Shown here in pieces: positions 21,233 to 30,500 of a stretch of DNA of 32,000 nt. The stretch is from assembly GCF_000013905.1 (NCBI RefSeq), contig NC_007969.1:2640001-2672000 (forward strand), read 5' to 3'. The stretch is from Psychrobacter cryohalolentis K5. Its GTDB lineage: Bacteria; Pseudomonadota; Gammaproteobacteria; Pseudomonadales; Moraxellaceae. The notes below the pieces were generated by a model that saw nothing but the letters and a program-made list of their open reading frames with translations, searched no databases and was not told where the DNA came from. A program made the translations under genes and the position numbers. The first letter of the stretch is position 1; each line of letters opens with the position of its first letter.

Positions 21233-21261
21233 AAAAAAGCAAGCACTAAGGCTTGCTTTTT
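21233..21261 (-). terminator. Rho-independent terminator between pilQ and aroK
   Basis: An A6 run (21233-21238) precedes the stem GCAAGC (21239-21244) / GCTTGC (21251-21256) with a 6-nt loop. A T5 run (21257-21261) follows. On the minus strand it sits 27 nt after the pilQ stop. Confidence 0.7.
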
Positions 21262-21287
21262 ATGACTCAAAACCAACTAAAATCTGA

Positions 21288-23666
21288 CTAATCTAAGCGA
21301 CTAATACCATCATTGATCAGTTTCGGCGTGATAAATATCAGCAGCTCTTCTTTGGTATTGCTGCGCACGTCTTTACGGAAGGCACGACCGATATAAGGCA
21401 AATCACCTAAGAAAGGTACTTTATCGACGCCATTATTAGTACGGTTTTTAAAGACGCCGCCCAATACAATGGTTTGACCATCTTCAACAATAACGTTAGT
21501 AGAAATCGAGTCTTCAGCGATGGCAACCTGATTATTAATAATGGTCGGTGTGCCATTGGTGATTAACAGTTGCAAACCAATCTTACCATCTGGAGTAATA
21601 TTTGGCGTGGCTTCCAAACTTAAAGCAGCTTCTTTAAAGCTAGTAGTAGTCGCACCACTTGCTGATGCTTCTTGATAAGGAATCTGCGTACCAGAAGATA
21701 CTTTTGCCGTTTGCTTATCAGAGGTCAAAATCTTTGGCGTAGAAATCACTTCACCGCGGTTGTCTGCTTGCATGGCTGACAACTCAAGATCGAGCATAAA
21801 ATCAGAAATACCTAGCAGACCAAAGGCAATACGACCTGCTGGATTATCAACGCCTAAGTCAACGTTTAGATTGTCAGGACGAGTAATATCGTATTTAGGA
21901 TAAGAGACGGTCTGACCATTAATAGTCGTGGTCTGCACATCAAAATCTTTTAAGTCCCATAAAGTTTGGTTACTGCCACCGACCAACAAGTTCCGGTTAT
22001 TGGCAGCGCCATTTGACAAGATACCCCAACGCACTCCAATCTCTTTACTAAAGCTATCAGTCGCGCTAACGATACGCGCTTCAATCATGACCTGACGGAC
22101 AGGAATGTCGATTTTACCAATCAGCTTATGGATATTTTCAATGCTGGCTGCCACATCTTTAACAATCAGAGTATTGGTACGCTCATCGACTGTTACTGTT
22201 CCACGATTAGAGAGCAAGCTATTGCTATCTTTAGTATTAGCATTGGCGCTGCCAGTATTGCTACCGCCAGAGGCACCACCACTACCTTGAGAGATCAGGG
22301 TTAGGACATCTGCCGCTTTTGCGTAGCTTAGACGGATATATTCAGTACGTAACGGTGCATAAGACTCAACCGCTTGCTGGGCTTCAAGCTCACGTGCTTC
22401 TTGTTCAGCAAGCTCAGTTGAAGGCGCAACCAAAATTACGTTACCGTTTTCACGTTTGCCCAAATTTTTACTTTTAAGAATGATATCAAGTGCTTGATCC
22501 CAAGGTACGTTGATAAGGCGCAAGGTAATATTACCGGCGACCGAATCACTAGCAACGATATTCATCTCTGTAAACTGCGCTAAGATATCTAGGACACTAC
22601 GAATCTCAACATCTTGAAACTCCATAGATAGCGCTGCACCGGTATAGACTTTTTCTTCAAGCGTCGGCTCACGTAGCAGCTCAGGTCGTCTGATACCAAT
22701 ATTTAGCTGACTGCCTGATTGATAGGCTTGATATTCAAAATCGTCTTTCATATTGATGGTAATAACACCATTTTGACCTTGGTTTTTAGTATCAATACTG
22801 TCTACCAAACCACCATTAACATTCAATCGGCGTAGCAGATTTCTAGGTACGGTACTGCCTGTCAAACGCACAACCAGCTTATTACCTTGACGCTGAACGT
22901 CTACAGGAATCGCTTCATTGGCAAGTGAGATACTAACGTTACCACCGCCATCATTCCCTGCTGAAAAATTCACAGCGCTTAGCCCATCATAGCTATACTG
23001 CTTGCTGACTTGTGCAGAGGCAAGTTGTGGGCTTAATAAAGGGTTGACACGTACGACCATGGTGTCAGCAGGTACTTGGTTTTTTGTGACTGTGGTTCTA
23101 ATAGGCGGGACAGCAACGCTACTGGTTTCAACAATGGGCGTAACCACAGCCGTGGTAGTAATAGCCGAATTGCCATTTAGGACATCTTGTACAGGGTCGT
23201 TGGTAATGACTTTCGTGACCACCGGAGCAATCACTGGACGATTAGGGTCCGTAATCGTCAGCAATAATTCATTGCCATCAATCGCGGTGGTATAGTTGCC
23301 CGTCTTTTTTAGCCCAACGATAAGACGGGTGGTATTGTCACTATTTAAGGTGGTGACCTCATTGACCATACCGATATTATATTCTTTAAAGCGACTAGCA
23401 AGACCGTTTTGCACCTGTTCAAAATCCAGCACCAAACGGCTAGGATTGTCGAGCTGATAAGCGGCTGGTAATACTGGCGCACCTGAAAACCCTAAACGCA
23501 TTTGCGTTACGGCTGGCGCAGTCTGCACCACAGAGACATTGTTGATGCGCTGCTCGGCATGGGCAATGCTACTTACAGCTACCATACTCATTGCCAATGC
23601 AGAGATGGCAAAAGTAGAAGATACGCGGTTGCTCATCGTCATTACCTTGTTATTGCGTACTGTCAT
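21288..23666 (-). CDS. pilQ: Type IV pilus secretin PilQ
   Basis: 792 aa. It has a signal peptide (AVSSIAHA/EQ) and N-terminal AMIN-like repeats separated by a T/V/P-rich linker. N0/N1 domains are present, and the C-terminal secretin domain ends in VPFLGDLPYIGRAFR...ELLIFITPK. The start codon among M1, M9 and M11 is uncertain. Confidence 0.9.
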   Translation of the reverse strand: MTVRNNKVMTMSNRVSSTFAISALAMSMVAVSSIAHAEQRINNVSVVQTAPAVTQMRLGFSGAPVLPAAYQLDNPSRLVLDFEQVQNGLASRFKEYNIGMVNEVTTLNSDNTTRLIVGLKKTGNYTTAIDGNELLLTITDPNRPVIAPVVTKVITNDPVQDVLNGNSAITTTAVVTPIVETSSVAVPPIRTTVTKNQVPADTMVVRVNPLLSPQLASAQVSKQYSYDGLSAVNFSAGNDGGGNVSISLANEAIPVDVQRQGNKLVVRLTGSTVPRNLLRRLNVNGGLVDSIDTKNQGQNGVITINMKDDFEYQAYQSGSQLNIGIRRPELLREPTLEEKVYTGAALSMEFQDVEIRSVLDILAQFTEMNIVASDSVAGNITLRLINVPWDQALDIILKSKNLGKRENGNVILVAPSTELAEQEARELEAQQAVESYAPLRTEYIRLSYAKAADVLTLISQGSGGASGGSNTGSANANTKDSNSLLSNRGTVTVDERTNTLIVKDVAASIENIHKLIGKIDIPVRQVMIEARIVSATDSFSKEIGVRWGILSNGAANNRNLLVGGSNQTLWDLKDFDVQTTTINGQTVSYPKYDITRPDNLNVDLGVDNPAGRIAFGLLGISDFMLDLELSAMQADNRGEVISTPKILTSDKQTAKVSSGTQIPYQEASASGATTTSFKEAALSLEATPNITPDGKIGLQLLITNGTPTIINNQVAIAEDSISTNVIVEDGQTIVLGGVFKNRTNNGVDKVPFLGDLPYIGRAFRKDVRSNTKEELLIFITPKLINDGISRLD

Positions 23667-23693
23667 TATTTATTCCTCAAAAAATCTGCCGAC

Positions 23694-24233
23694 TTAGCTT
23701 ATAGGGGACACCAGTGACTGGGGTTTTTCAACAAACCCAGCACGGCTGTCTGGCACAATTTCAATCAAGTTAATCTGAGTCGGTGTGATTTCAACAATAC
23801 GACCGTCATTCAATCCAAGATAATTACCCACTCTAACACTAGCAACTGAGCCATCAGGACGCTGTACTAAAGCATACTGTTGACCTTCAGGCGAGATAAC
23901 CACACCGCGAAAAATCAGTTGTGTCAGCTCGTACTGTTCAAGCGGTTCTTTGACTCGGGTTATATCAGGGCGTACCCCATCAATAAAGGTGGTCGGACCT
24001 TGTACGTTCACTAAACTCGGTGGCAAAAATGGACTACGCTGCGCACTGGCGCTATAGACAAAATCTTCTACCAGCTCGGCCTGAGGAGGAGGCTCAATCG
24101 GCTGCGCAGGCTGGTTACGGATATCAGCCATTGCCTGTTCTACTAAACCGATACGATCCGTACAACCCGTTAGAGATAAAACAGTAGCGCTTAACAGCAA
24201 TAACCTTAACTTAGGCAGTTTGTAGCTAGTCAT
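23694..24233 (-). CDS. pilP: Type IV pilus assembly lipoprotein PilP
   Basis: 179 aa. It has a lipobox LSLTGC and a C-terminal beta-domain (LIFRGVVISPEGQQYALVQRPDGSVASVRVGNYLG). It lies between pilO and pilQ. Confidence 0.85.
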   Translation of the reverse strand: MTSYKLPKLRLLLLSATVLSLTGCTDRIGLVEQAMADIRNQPAQPIEPPPQAELVEDFVYSASAQRSPFLPPSLVNVQGPTTFIDGVRPDITRVKEPLEQYELTQLIFRGVVISPEGQQYALVQRPDGSVASVRVGNYLGLNDGRIVEITPTQINLIEIVPDSRAGFVEKPQSLVSPIS

Positions 24234-24964
24234 TAGTTGCCTCCTGCAGCAGCATCGGTGGTTACAGCTTCAGCCGCCGCTGCATCACCTTCAGGGACCG
24301 CTTCTTTGGAGCGATAGGTTTTGGTTTGCAATACCAAATTTAGCTCGGGTAAAACATCCAAGGTTGGCTGCGGATTACTGACTTCGAAGTCGTGCATGGT
24401 GATAATCCTTGGTAAAGCTGCCAAACCACTAATAAAACTACCAAATTGATGGTAGTCACCCAACGCTGCAATACGAATAGGCTGCTCAATAAAGAATTCA
24501 TTTTCAATTTCAGGCTCAACAGAGATATCCTGAAAACGGATGTTACTACCCACGCCCGTCATATTGATACCCTCAACCAATTCTGATACACGGGTATCTT
24601 TTGGTAGCTGGTCAAGCAAAGTATTAAACTCCGCTTCCATTTGAATCACTTGAGCTTGATAAGCTTGTAGATGGCGCGCGCGTGATTCTTTTTCACGGTA
24701 GCTATCGAGCAAGGTTTGTTGTTGGCTTTCTGCTGCTGTGATTTCATCAATTTTACTGCTGATTGGTAATGCCCATGACAAAGCAGCAATCAAAGCAATA
24801 ATAAAACCAATGACGGTGACTTTAACAGGGAGCGGCCAACTGCCATAGTTTTCAGAATCCAATGACTCAAAACTGCGGCGAAACTCATTTAAATCAAACT
24901 GTTTTCTTTGTCTTATCACCGTCTTTTTGAGTTTAATGCGGGTTTTTTTACGGGTCAGTTTCAT
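24233..24964 (-). CDS. pilO: Type IV pilus inner-membrane alignment protein PilO
   Basis: 243 aa. It has a single TM helix, a coiled-coil region and a ferredoxin-like C-terminal domain. Its start overlaps the pilN stop (ATGA), and its stop overlaps the pilP start (TAATG). Confidence 0.85.
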   Translation of the reverse strand: MKLTRKKTRIKLKKTVIRQRKQFDLNEFRRSFESLDSENYGSWPLPVKVTVIGFIIALIAALSWALPISSKIDEITAAESQQQTLLDSYREKESRARHLQAYQAQVIQMEAEFNTLLDQLPKDTRVSELVEGINMTGVGSNIRFQDISVEPEIENEFFIEQPIRIAALGDYHQFGSFISGLAALPRIITMHDFEVSNPQPTLDVLPELNLVLQTKTYRSKEAVPEGDAAAAEAVTTDAAAGGN

Positions 24965-25626
24965 AACTCACCTCCAGGTACAATAGCGCCATCAGCACCT
25001 TCTACAGGCACGGCCGTTTCAGACTGTACTTTAGTCGTGATTACAAACTGCACATAGCTGTCTTCAGGATAAATAGGACGCGGTTGTTCACCTGGCGTAG
25101 TGACCGTATTTTCCAAAACAGGGGCTGCTTGATAAGCGGTAATGTTTTGCTGAATATTGCTTACGGCTGAATCGCCCATCCACTTACTGCTATCAAGATT
25201 GCGGATCAAGCTTGATACCACGTTTGGATTGTCAGCAAGACCTGTCAATGTTAATACATCCCCTTCACGTTTTAGATTATTCAAATAAAGCGCTGGCGGA
25301 ATGGCTTTAGCAAGATCATCCCATAAACGTACAGGTACAGGACGTCGACCTTGCAAGTCTTGAATAACTTGCATACGTGAGATGATATCTTCACGGCGCT
25401 GCTCTAAGCTATCAATCTCGACCAACGCTTTATCCAAGCGAGCGTTTTCTTGTTCAATCAGTGCATTGGCATCTAATTGTTCAGCAAGTTCGTTATTAAA
25501 ATAACTCCACGTCGCAAATGCTGCAAGCAGAGACAACAGTGTCACTGCCACCACTAAGGTGATAAACTCTTTATTGCGGCGGGCACGCTCATCTTCTCGC
25601 CAGGGCAGTAGGTTAATACGAGCCAT
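24961..25626 (-). CDS. pilN: Type IV pilus inner-membrane alignment protein PilN
   Basis: 221 aa. It has the canonical N-terminal INLLPWRE motif, followed by a TM helix and a coiled coil. Confidence 0.9.
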   Translation of the reverse strand: MARINLLPWREDERARRNKEFITLVVAVTLLSLLAAFATWSYFNNELAEQLDANALIEQENARLDKALVEIDSLEQRREDIISRMQVIQDLQGRRPVPVRLWDDLAKAIPPALYLNNLKREGDVLTLTGLADNPNVVSSLIRNLDSSKWMGDSAVSNIQQNITAYQAAPVLENTVTTPGEQPRPIYPEDSYVQFVITTKVQSETAVPVEGADGAIVPGGEL

Positions 25627-26681
25627 TAGTCAAAGCTCCTTAACGCCAGACCGCAAGCGGCCATTAAGCTGGGTGCATCAATCGCCAGTTGCTCATGATC
25701 GATATGCGGCGCAATAGTCATATTAATGAACGGATTTGCAATACTCACAGGCACGCCCAATCGCTGCTGCGCCATACCAGCAAGACCCGCAATAGAGCTA
25801 CTGCCACCAGCAAGGACCACATGATCGATACTACTATATTGACTTGAGGAGAAATAAAACTGTAAAGAGCGAGTGATTTGTTGGATGGTATTTTCTATAA
25901 ATGGTGTTAAGACATCAGTATAATAATCATCAGGTAGAGCACGCTCGCGCTTACTAATAGAAGCTTCTTCAGCAGACAAACCATAGCGGTTTTGGATGGC
26001 TTCCGTCAGCTGATTGCCTCCAAATAACTGCTCACGACTATAGATAAACTCGCCATTTTTGGCGACATATAATGTTGTTTGATTGTGTCCGATATCAACC
26101 AGCGCCACCAAATCTGGCAAGTTTGGCAGACTGTCTGCCATCAAGCCAAAAGCACGCTCAATGGCATGCGACTCAATATCCATTACCTTGGTTTGCAGAC
26201 CACCAAAGGTTAAGGCATCAACTCTTTGGTCAACGTTTTCTGAACGAGAGGCGGCAAGCAGTACTTGCACCATGTCATCATTAATAAGAGAGGGACCCAA
26301 TACTTCAAAGTCCAAATTGACGTCTTCTAGCGGATAAGGTATGTATTGGTCAGCATCCAAACGAATTTGAGCTTCACGCTCAACGTCACTTAGCACCATA
26401 TCCATATCGATGATTTTAGTAATCACCGCTGATCCTGAGACTGCTGTGGCTGCACTACTACCCGCCGCTTGGCAACGCCTTGCCAAGCCTGCTATAGTAT
26501 TGCCTACCACTTCCGTGTCTACAATGAGTTTGTCGATGACTACGCCTTCAGGTAATATTTCAGTACCATAAGATCTTAGGTGGAAAACGCCTTGTTGGCG
26601 CTGTATGTCAACCAACTTCACTGAGGTGGTACAGATATCCACGCCAATCAAATGTCGACTCTTAGAAGTAAATAGCCTCAC
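25626..26681 (-). CDS. pilM: Type IV pilus assembly ATPase-fold protein PilM
   Basis: 351 aa. It has an actin/FtsA-like fold pattern (IGVDICTTSVKLV, VDIGHNQTT, VLAGGSSSIAGL). It uses a GTG start at 26681, and its stop overlaps the pilN start. Confidence 0.9.
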   Translation of the reverse strand: MRLFTSKSRHLIGVDICTTSVKLVDIQRQQGVFHLRSYGTEILPEGVVIDKLIVDTEVVGNTIAGLARRCQAAGSSAATAVSGSAVITKIIDMDMVLSDVEREAQIRLDADQYIPYPLEDVNLDFEVLGPSLINDDMVQVLLAASRSENVDQRVDALTFGGLQTKVMDIESHAIERAFGLMADSLPNLPDLVALVDIGHNQTTLYVAKNGEFIYSREQLFGGNQLTEAIQNRYGLSAEEASISKRERALPDDYYTDVLTPFIENTIQQITRSLQFYFSSSQYSSIDHVVLAGGSSSIAGLAGMAQQRLGVPVSIANPFINMTIAPHIDHEQLAIDAPSLMAACGLALRSFD

Positions 26682-26830
26682 AAACTCTATACCTTATATT
26701 AAGTGTACAATCTGATAGTTATTTGTAATAATTTAGTACAATACTTTACTTAACAGATAGATTCAAGCATTTAAATGTCCTGTAGAGGCTAACTTACACA
26801 TTTATTATTACTTGGCTATTTTGTTCAAGG

Positions 26831-26836
26831 TATAAT
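26831..26836 (+). promoter_or_regulatory. Candidate -10 box for ponA
   Basis: A consensus TATAAT lies 41 nt upstream of the ponA ATG in the pilM/ponA divergent intergenic region. No convincing -35 is present (TTACTT at 17-nt spacing). Confidence 0.2.
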
Positions 26837-26876
26837 GTTTTTTATCTGTTGCAAACCTTAATCGATAAGTCTGACT

Positions 26877-29570
26877 ATGACCAAAAAAAATGCCACCGTT
26901 CGTCTCATTCACTTTTTGGTGGGGCTTTTCATTGCCTGTCTTGCGTTGGCGGTTGTATTAGCGCTTGCCGTCCCTATTGGCTTCTATGGTATGGCGATGT
27001 ATTTATCGCCAACGTTGCCAAGCACGCAAGAGATTAAAACGGCAACTTTAGAGATGCCATTACAGATATATAGTAGTGATGACAAATTGATTGGGCAATA
27101 TGGCAACCGTTTATCATTGCCTATTACCTTTGAAGAGATACCGGAAGACTTGACCCATGCTTTTTTAGCAGCAGAAGATTCTTCATTTTTTCAGCACAGC
27201 GGTATTAGTATTAAAGGATTAGGGCGCGCGGTCACCGAAGTGGTGACGGATGATGAAAGCCAAACAGGTGGCTCGACCATCACCATGCAGGTCGCCAAAA
27301 ATTATTTTCTAAGCTCAGATCGCACGTTGAATCGCAAACTAACGGAATTGTTTTTAGCCCGTAAGATTGAAGACGAGCTGAGTAAAAACGATATTCTTAC
27401 CCTTTATGTCAACAAAATTTACTTAGGTGAAGGCGCTTACGGTATTCGTGCGGCTGCCAAAAAATATTATAGTAAATCGTTAGAAAATCTCACCATTGCT
27501 GAGATGGCAATGCTTGCAGGTTTGCCGAAAGCGCCCTCTAAATACAATCCTGTTGCCAATCCAAGCCGTGCGCTCACGCGCCGTAACTGGATTATTGGTC
27601 GCATGCATGAATTGGGTTACATCGACAAAACCCAATATGACGAAGCCATTAATGCGCCCATCGGTATTAAGCTTTATCAAGAAAAGCTGGATGTTAATAT
27701 GCCGTATTTGGCAGAAATGACGCGCGCAGCTTTGGTTGATCGTTATGGTGAGCAAGTTATGCATGGCGGCTGGCGTGTACGCTTGACGGTTGATAGTCAA
27801 GCACAAATAGATGCAGAAAAGGCAATTTTATCTGGCTTGGTTGCTTACGAGCATCGCCATGGCTGGCGCGGCGCCGAAGCAAATGATGAACCGCTAAAGA
27901 ATTTTAGTCGCTATAGCAATATGTCGCCTGCCAAAGTGACTAAAGTGAATACCAGTAGTTTTGAGGCAATCATGCTTTCAGGAGAAAGCGTGACCGTTAA
28001 TTGGTCTGGTATGCGCTGGGCACGTAAATACATCTCTGCTGATCGTATTGGTTATTTTCCAAGTAATGCCAGCCAAATAGTGAGTAAGAACGATATTATT
28101 CGCCTGATACCGACTGCTAGTGGTGGCTGGCAGCTTGGTCAAATACCTGAGATACAAGGTAGTTTGGTTTCTCTGAATCCTGATACCGGTGGCGTTCGTG
28201 CCTTGGTCGGTGGCTTTGATTTTAACCATAGTAAATTTAACCGTGCTCTGCAGGGCTGGCGTCAACCGGGTTCTACCATTAAACCCCTTGTCTATACAGC
28301 AGCATTAGAAAAAGGCTATCGTCCAGATAGTATAGTTTCGGATCGCCCGCTGCAAGTAGGTGACTGGAAACCAAAAAACTCTGATGGTCGCTTCTTAGGT
28401 GATATTACGTTAAGCCGCGGACTTTATTTATCACGTAACTTAGTATCTATTCGCTTGCTGCAAGCAATTGGCATCTCTGACGCTCGCAACTTATTAGATG
28501 AATTTGGTCTTGATAAAGAGAAGCTGCCAACTACTTTGTCTTTAGCGTTGGGTACAGGTCAAGCAACCCCATTACAAATGGCAACCGCTTACGCCACCTT
28601 TGCCAATGGCGGGCATCGCATTCAACCTTATTTCATTGAACAAATTTATAACTATAATAATAAGCTTTTGTTTCAAGCCAATCCCCAGCAAGCTTGTGCC
28701 CTATGTTTTAATGAGCAGCTCGACGATGTCAATAAAAAACTAACTGAAGAATATGATGCAAAAATAGAGGAGAGTAAAAAAGTAGCTGAAGACGATAAAA
28801 CAGGCGACGCTAAAGAATCGCCGGCAAGTAAAAATACAGAAACTGATATAGAGGCTGACAAGAGTAACACCCCTACTAAAGACAGTAACAAGATTGATTT
28901 GAGCATTTACGATGCCAGTCCAGAATCAGATCGCCTAAAAGCACCTGTTGTACAGTACGTACGCGCTGAACAAGCTCCGCGTATTTTAAAGCCTAAAGTC
29001 GCTTATGAGATGGCAGATATCTTACGTGATGTAATACAGCGTGGTACAGCGTTTAAAGCAAGATCTTTGGGACGTGATGATATTGGCGGCAAGACAGGAA
29101 CCACCAATGAAGCGAAAGATGCTTGGTTTGCAGGCTTCCATCCTACCAATGCTACCGTCGTCTGGATGGGATTTGACCAACCATCAACCATGGGTCGTCG
29201 CGAATATGGTGGTGTGGCAGCCCTACCCGTTTGGATGGATTTTATGAAAGCCCAACTTAACGACACGCCTAGCCAATGGGTCTCTATTAATAACCGTGCC
29301 AAGTCCAAGAAACAACAGCAAAACATTATAGAGATGATGGATGAAGGGGTCACTGAACTTGATGGCGAAGATACTGATACAGGCAAATCGGAAAAACCAG
29401 TAAAGACATCTATTCAGAAGCGCCAGCCACCTGCTCCAAAACCTGTTGAAACGCCGGCAGTTACGACCGATGTTAAACCTGCTAATAATGGTATTACTAA
29501 TAGCCCAGCGCAGAAACCAAAACCATTAGTAGTCAAGCCTGTAGAACGTATGCCAGCGATGCCTGAGTAA
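26877..29570 (+). CDS. ponA: Penicillin-binding protein 1A (bifunctional glycosyltransferase/transpeptidase)
   Basis: 897 aa with an N-terminal TM anchor. The GT51 motifs are AAEDSSFFQHSGI, GGSTITMQVAKN and RKLTELFLARKIE. The transpeptidase motifs are SxxK (GSTIKP), SxN (SRN) and KTG (GKTGTT). It is divergent from pilM, as in Pseudomonas and Acinetobacter. Confidence 0.95.
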   Translation: MTKKNATVRLIHFLVGLFIACLALAVVLALAVPIGFYGMAMYLSPTLPSTQEIKTATLEMPLQIYSSDDKLIGQYGNRLSLPITFEEIPEDLTHAFLAAEDSSFFQHSGISIKGLGRAVTEVVTDDESQTGGSTITMQVAKNYFLSSDRTLNRKLTELFLARKIEDELSKNDILTLYVNKIYLGEGAYGIRAAAKKYYSKSLENLTIAEMAMLAGLPKAPSKYNPVANPSRALTRRNWIIGRMHELGYIDKTQYDEAINAPIGIKLYQEKLDVNMPYLAEMTRAALVDRYGEQVMHGGWRVRLTVDSQAQIDAEKAILSGLVAYEHRHGWRGAEANDEPLKNFSRYSNMSPAKVTKVNTSSFEAIMLSGESVTVNWSGMRWARKYISADRIGYFPSNASQIVSKNDIIRLIPTASGGWQLGQIPEIQGSLVSLNPDTGGVRALVGGFDFNHSKFNRALQGWRQPGSTIKPLVYTAALEKGYRPDSIVSDRPLQVGDWKPKNSDGRFLGDITLSRGLYLSRNLVSIRLLQAIGISDARNLLDEFGLDKEKLPTTLSLALGTGQATPLQMATAYATFANGGHRIQPYFIEQIYNYNNKLLFQANPQQACALCFNEQLDDVNKKLTEEYDAKIEESKKVAEDDKTGDAKESPASKNTETDIEADKSNTPTKDSNKIDLSIYDASPESDRLKAPVVQYVRAEQAPRILKPKVAYEMADILRDVIQRGTAFKARSLGRDDIGGKTGTTNEAKDAWFAGFHPTNATVVWMGFDQPSTMGRREYGGVAALPVWMDFMKAQLNDTPSQWVSINNRAKSKKQQQNIIEMMDEGVTELDGEDTDTGKSEKPVKTSIQKRQPPAPKPVETPAVTTDVKPANNGITNSPAQKPKPLVVKPVERMPAMPE

Positions 29571-29597
29571 TAGACTGCTTTCTATATTGATACATTT

Positions 29598-29636
29598 AAA
29601 AAGGCTGGTTCAGTAAACACTGAGCCAGCCTTTTTT
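29598..29636. terminator. Bidirectional rho-independent terminator shared by convergent ponA and the 174-aa hypothetical gene
   Basis: An 11-bp stem, GGCTGGTTCAG (29603-29613) / CTGAGCCAGCC (29620-29630), has one G-U pair and a 6-nt loop. It is flanked by A5 (29598-29602) and T6 (29631-29636). Confidence 0.85.
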
Positions 29637-29748
29637 ATAGGGCATATTTCAATTGCATTTAATTTTGTGCCTTACTCAGCTTAAAGGTAGCAGCTACTCA
29701 TTAAGCACTCATAACGAAGCTTTGAAAATATAATCTAAGCCATAAGAA

Positions 29749-30273
29749 CTAAAATTCCACCATACCAGCACGTAGCTGCTCAATCAGCTCCAAAAACTGT
29801 TGGCGCCATTCACGTATGGTCGCATCATCTGGCAACCATTGATTGGACAGTGTTACTACATTGACAATCAAATCAGGCACTTGTTTTTTGTCATTAGCCG
29901 CTTTATCCACCGAATGCTCAGATATCACGGCATATAGACAACGCTGATAGGCATGTTCTATATCAGCCAGGAATCCTTGCTGCTGTAACTGCTTTAGACG
30001 CTGCACTTCAGGTGATACTTGCGTACGCTCGATCAGTGCTTCTTCGATATCTAGCAACGTCGGCGTCGTCAGCGTTATATTATAAAAGTGACCAAGCTCT
30101 TGTAAAAAAGCTAAAAACGTACCGTATAGATGAAAAATAGCGGTCTCACAATGTGCTTGATATAACTGCTTGTCAGTTGTGTCTGCAGCGGCTTGACAGG
30201 CAAGGCGGCAAAAATATAGCTTTTGGTTGGTACGGTCAGCTTGATATTTGGCAACGCGAGTTTTATCTGCCAT
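29749..30273 (-). CDS. Hypothetical soluble helical protein, unknown function
   Basis: This 174-aa ORF has native-looking composition and no TM segment or signal peptide. It sits between the rpoC terminator and the bidirectional ponA terminator, so it appears to be its own transcription unit. I recognise no motif. Confidence 0.55.
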   Translation of the reverse strand: MADKTRVAKYQADRTNQKLYFCRLACQAAADTTDKQLYQAHCETAIFHLYGTFLAFLQELGHFYNITLTTPTLLDIEEALIERTQVSPEVQRLKQLQQQGFLADIEHAYQRCLYAVISEHSVDKAANDKKQVPDLIVNVVTLSNQWLPDDATIREWRQQFLELIEQLRAGMVEF

Positions 30274-30438
30274 ACGCTTATCCTTTTTAGTGAGTACTGC
30301 TAAAAATAATCAGAAATTACGAATACTTATGAATACTAGAGCCAAAATCTCTGACTATTTAAGTAATTCGGTTATGCAGTGTACTATTTTATCTTATCAT
30401 TTCCCAAGAAAAAACTTGTTGTGATGGAATTTTAAAGC

Positions 30439-30470
30439 AAAAAAAGCCAGCAACTTAGGCTGGCTTTTTT
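30439..30470 (-). terminator. Rho-independent terminator after rpoC
   Basis: An A7 run (30439-30445) precedes the stem GCCAGC (30446-30451) / GCTGGC (30459-30464) with a 7-nt loop. A T6 run (30465-30470) follows. It lies 31 nt downstream of the rpoC stop on the minus strand. Confidence 0.85.
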
Positions 30471-30500
30471 ATTTATTCAAATAACTAGACGCTATCTAAT

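Noticed and set aside
27480-27806. 108-aa minus-strand ORF inside ponA, and likewise the 127-aa ORF at 29003-29386
   Set aside because: Both are antisense to the strongly supported PBP1a gene and have no motifs.
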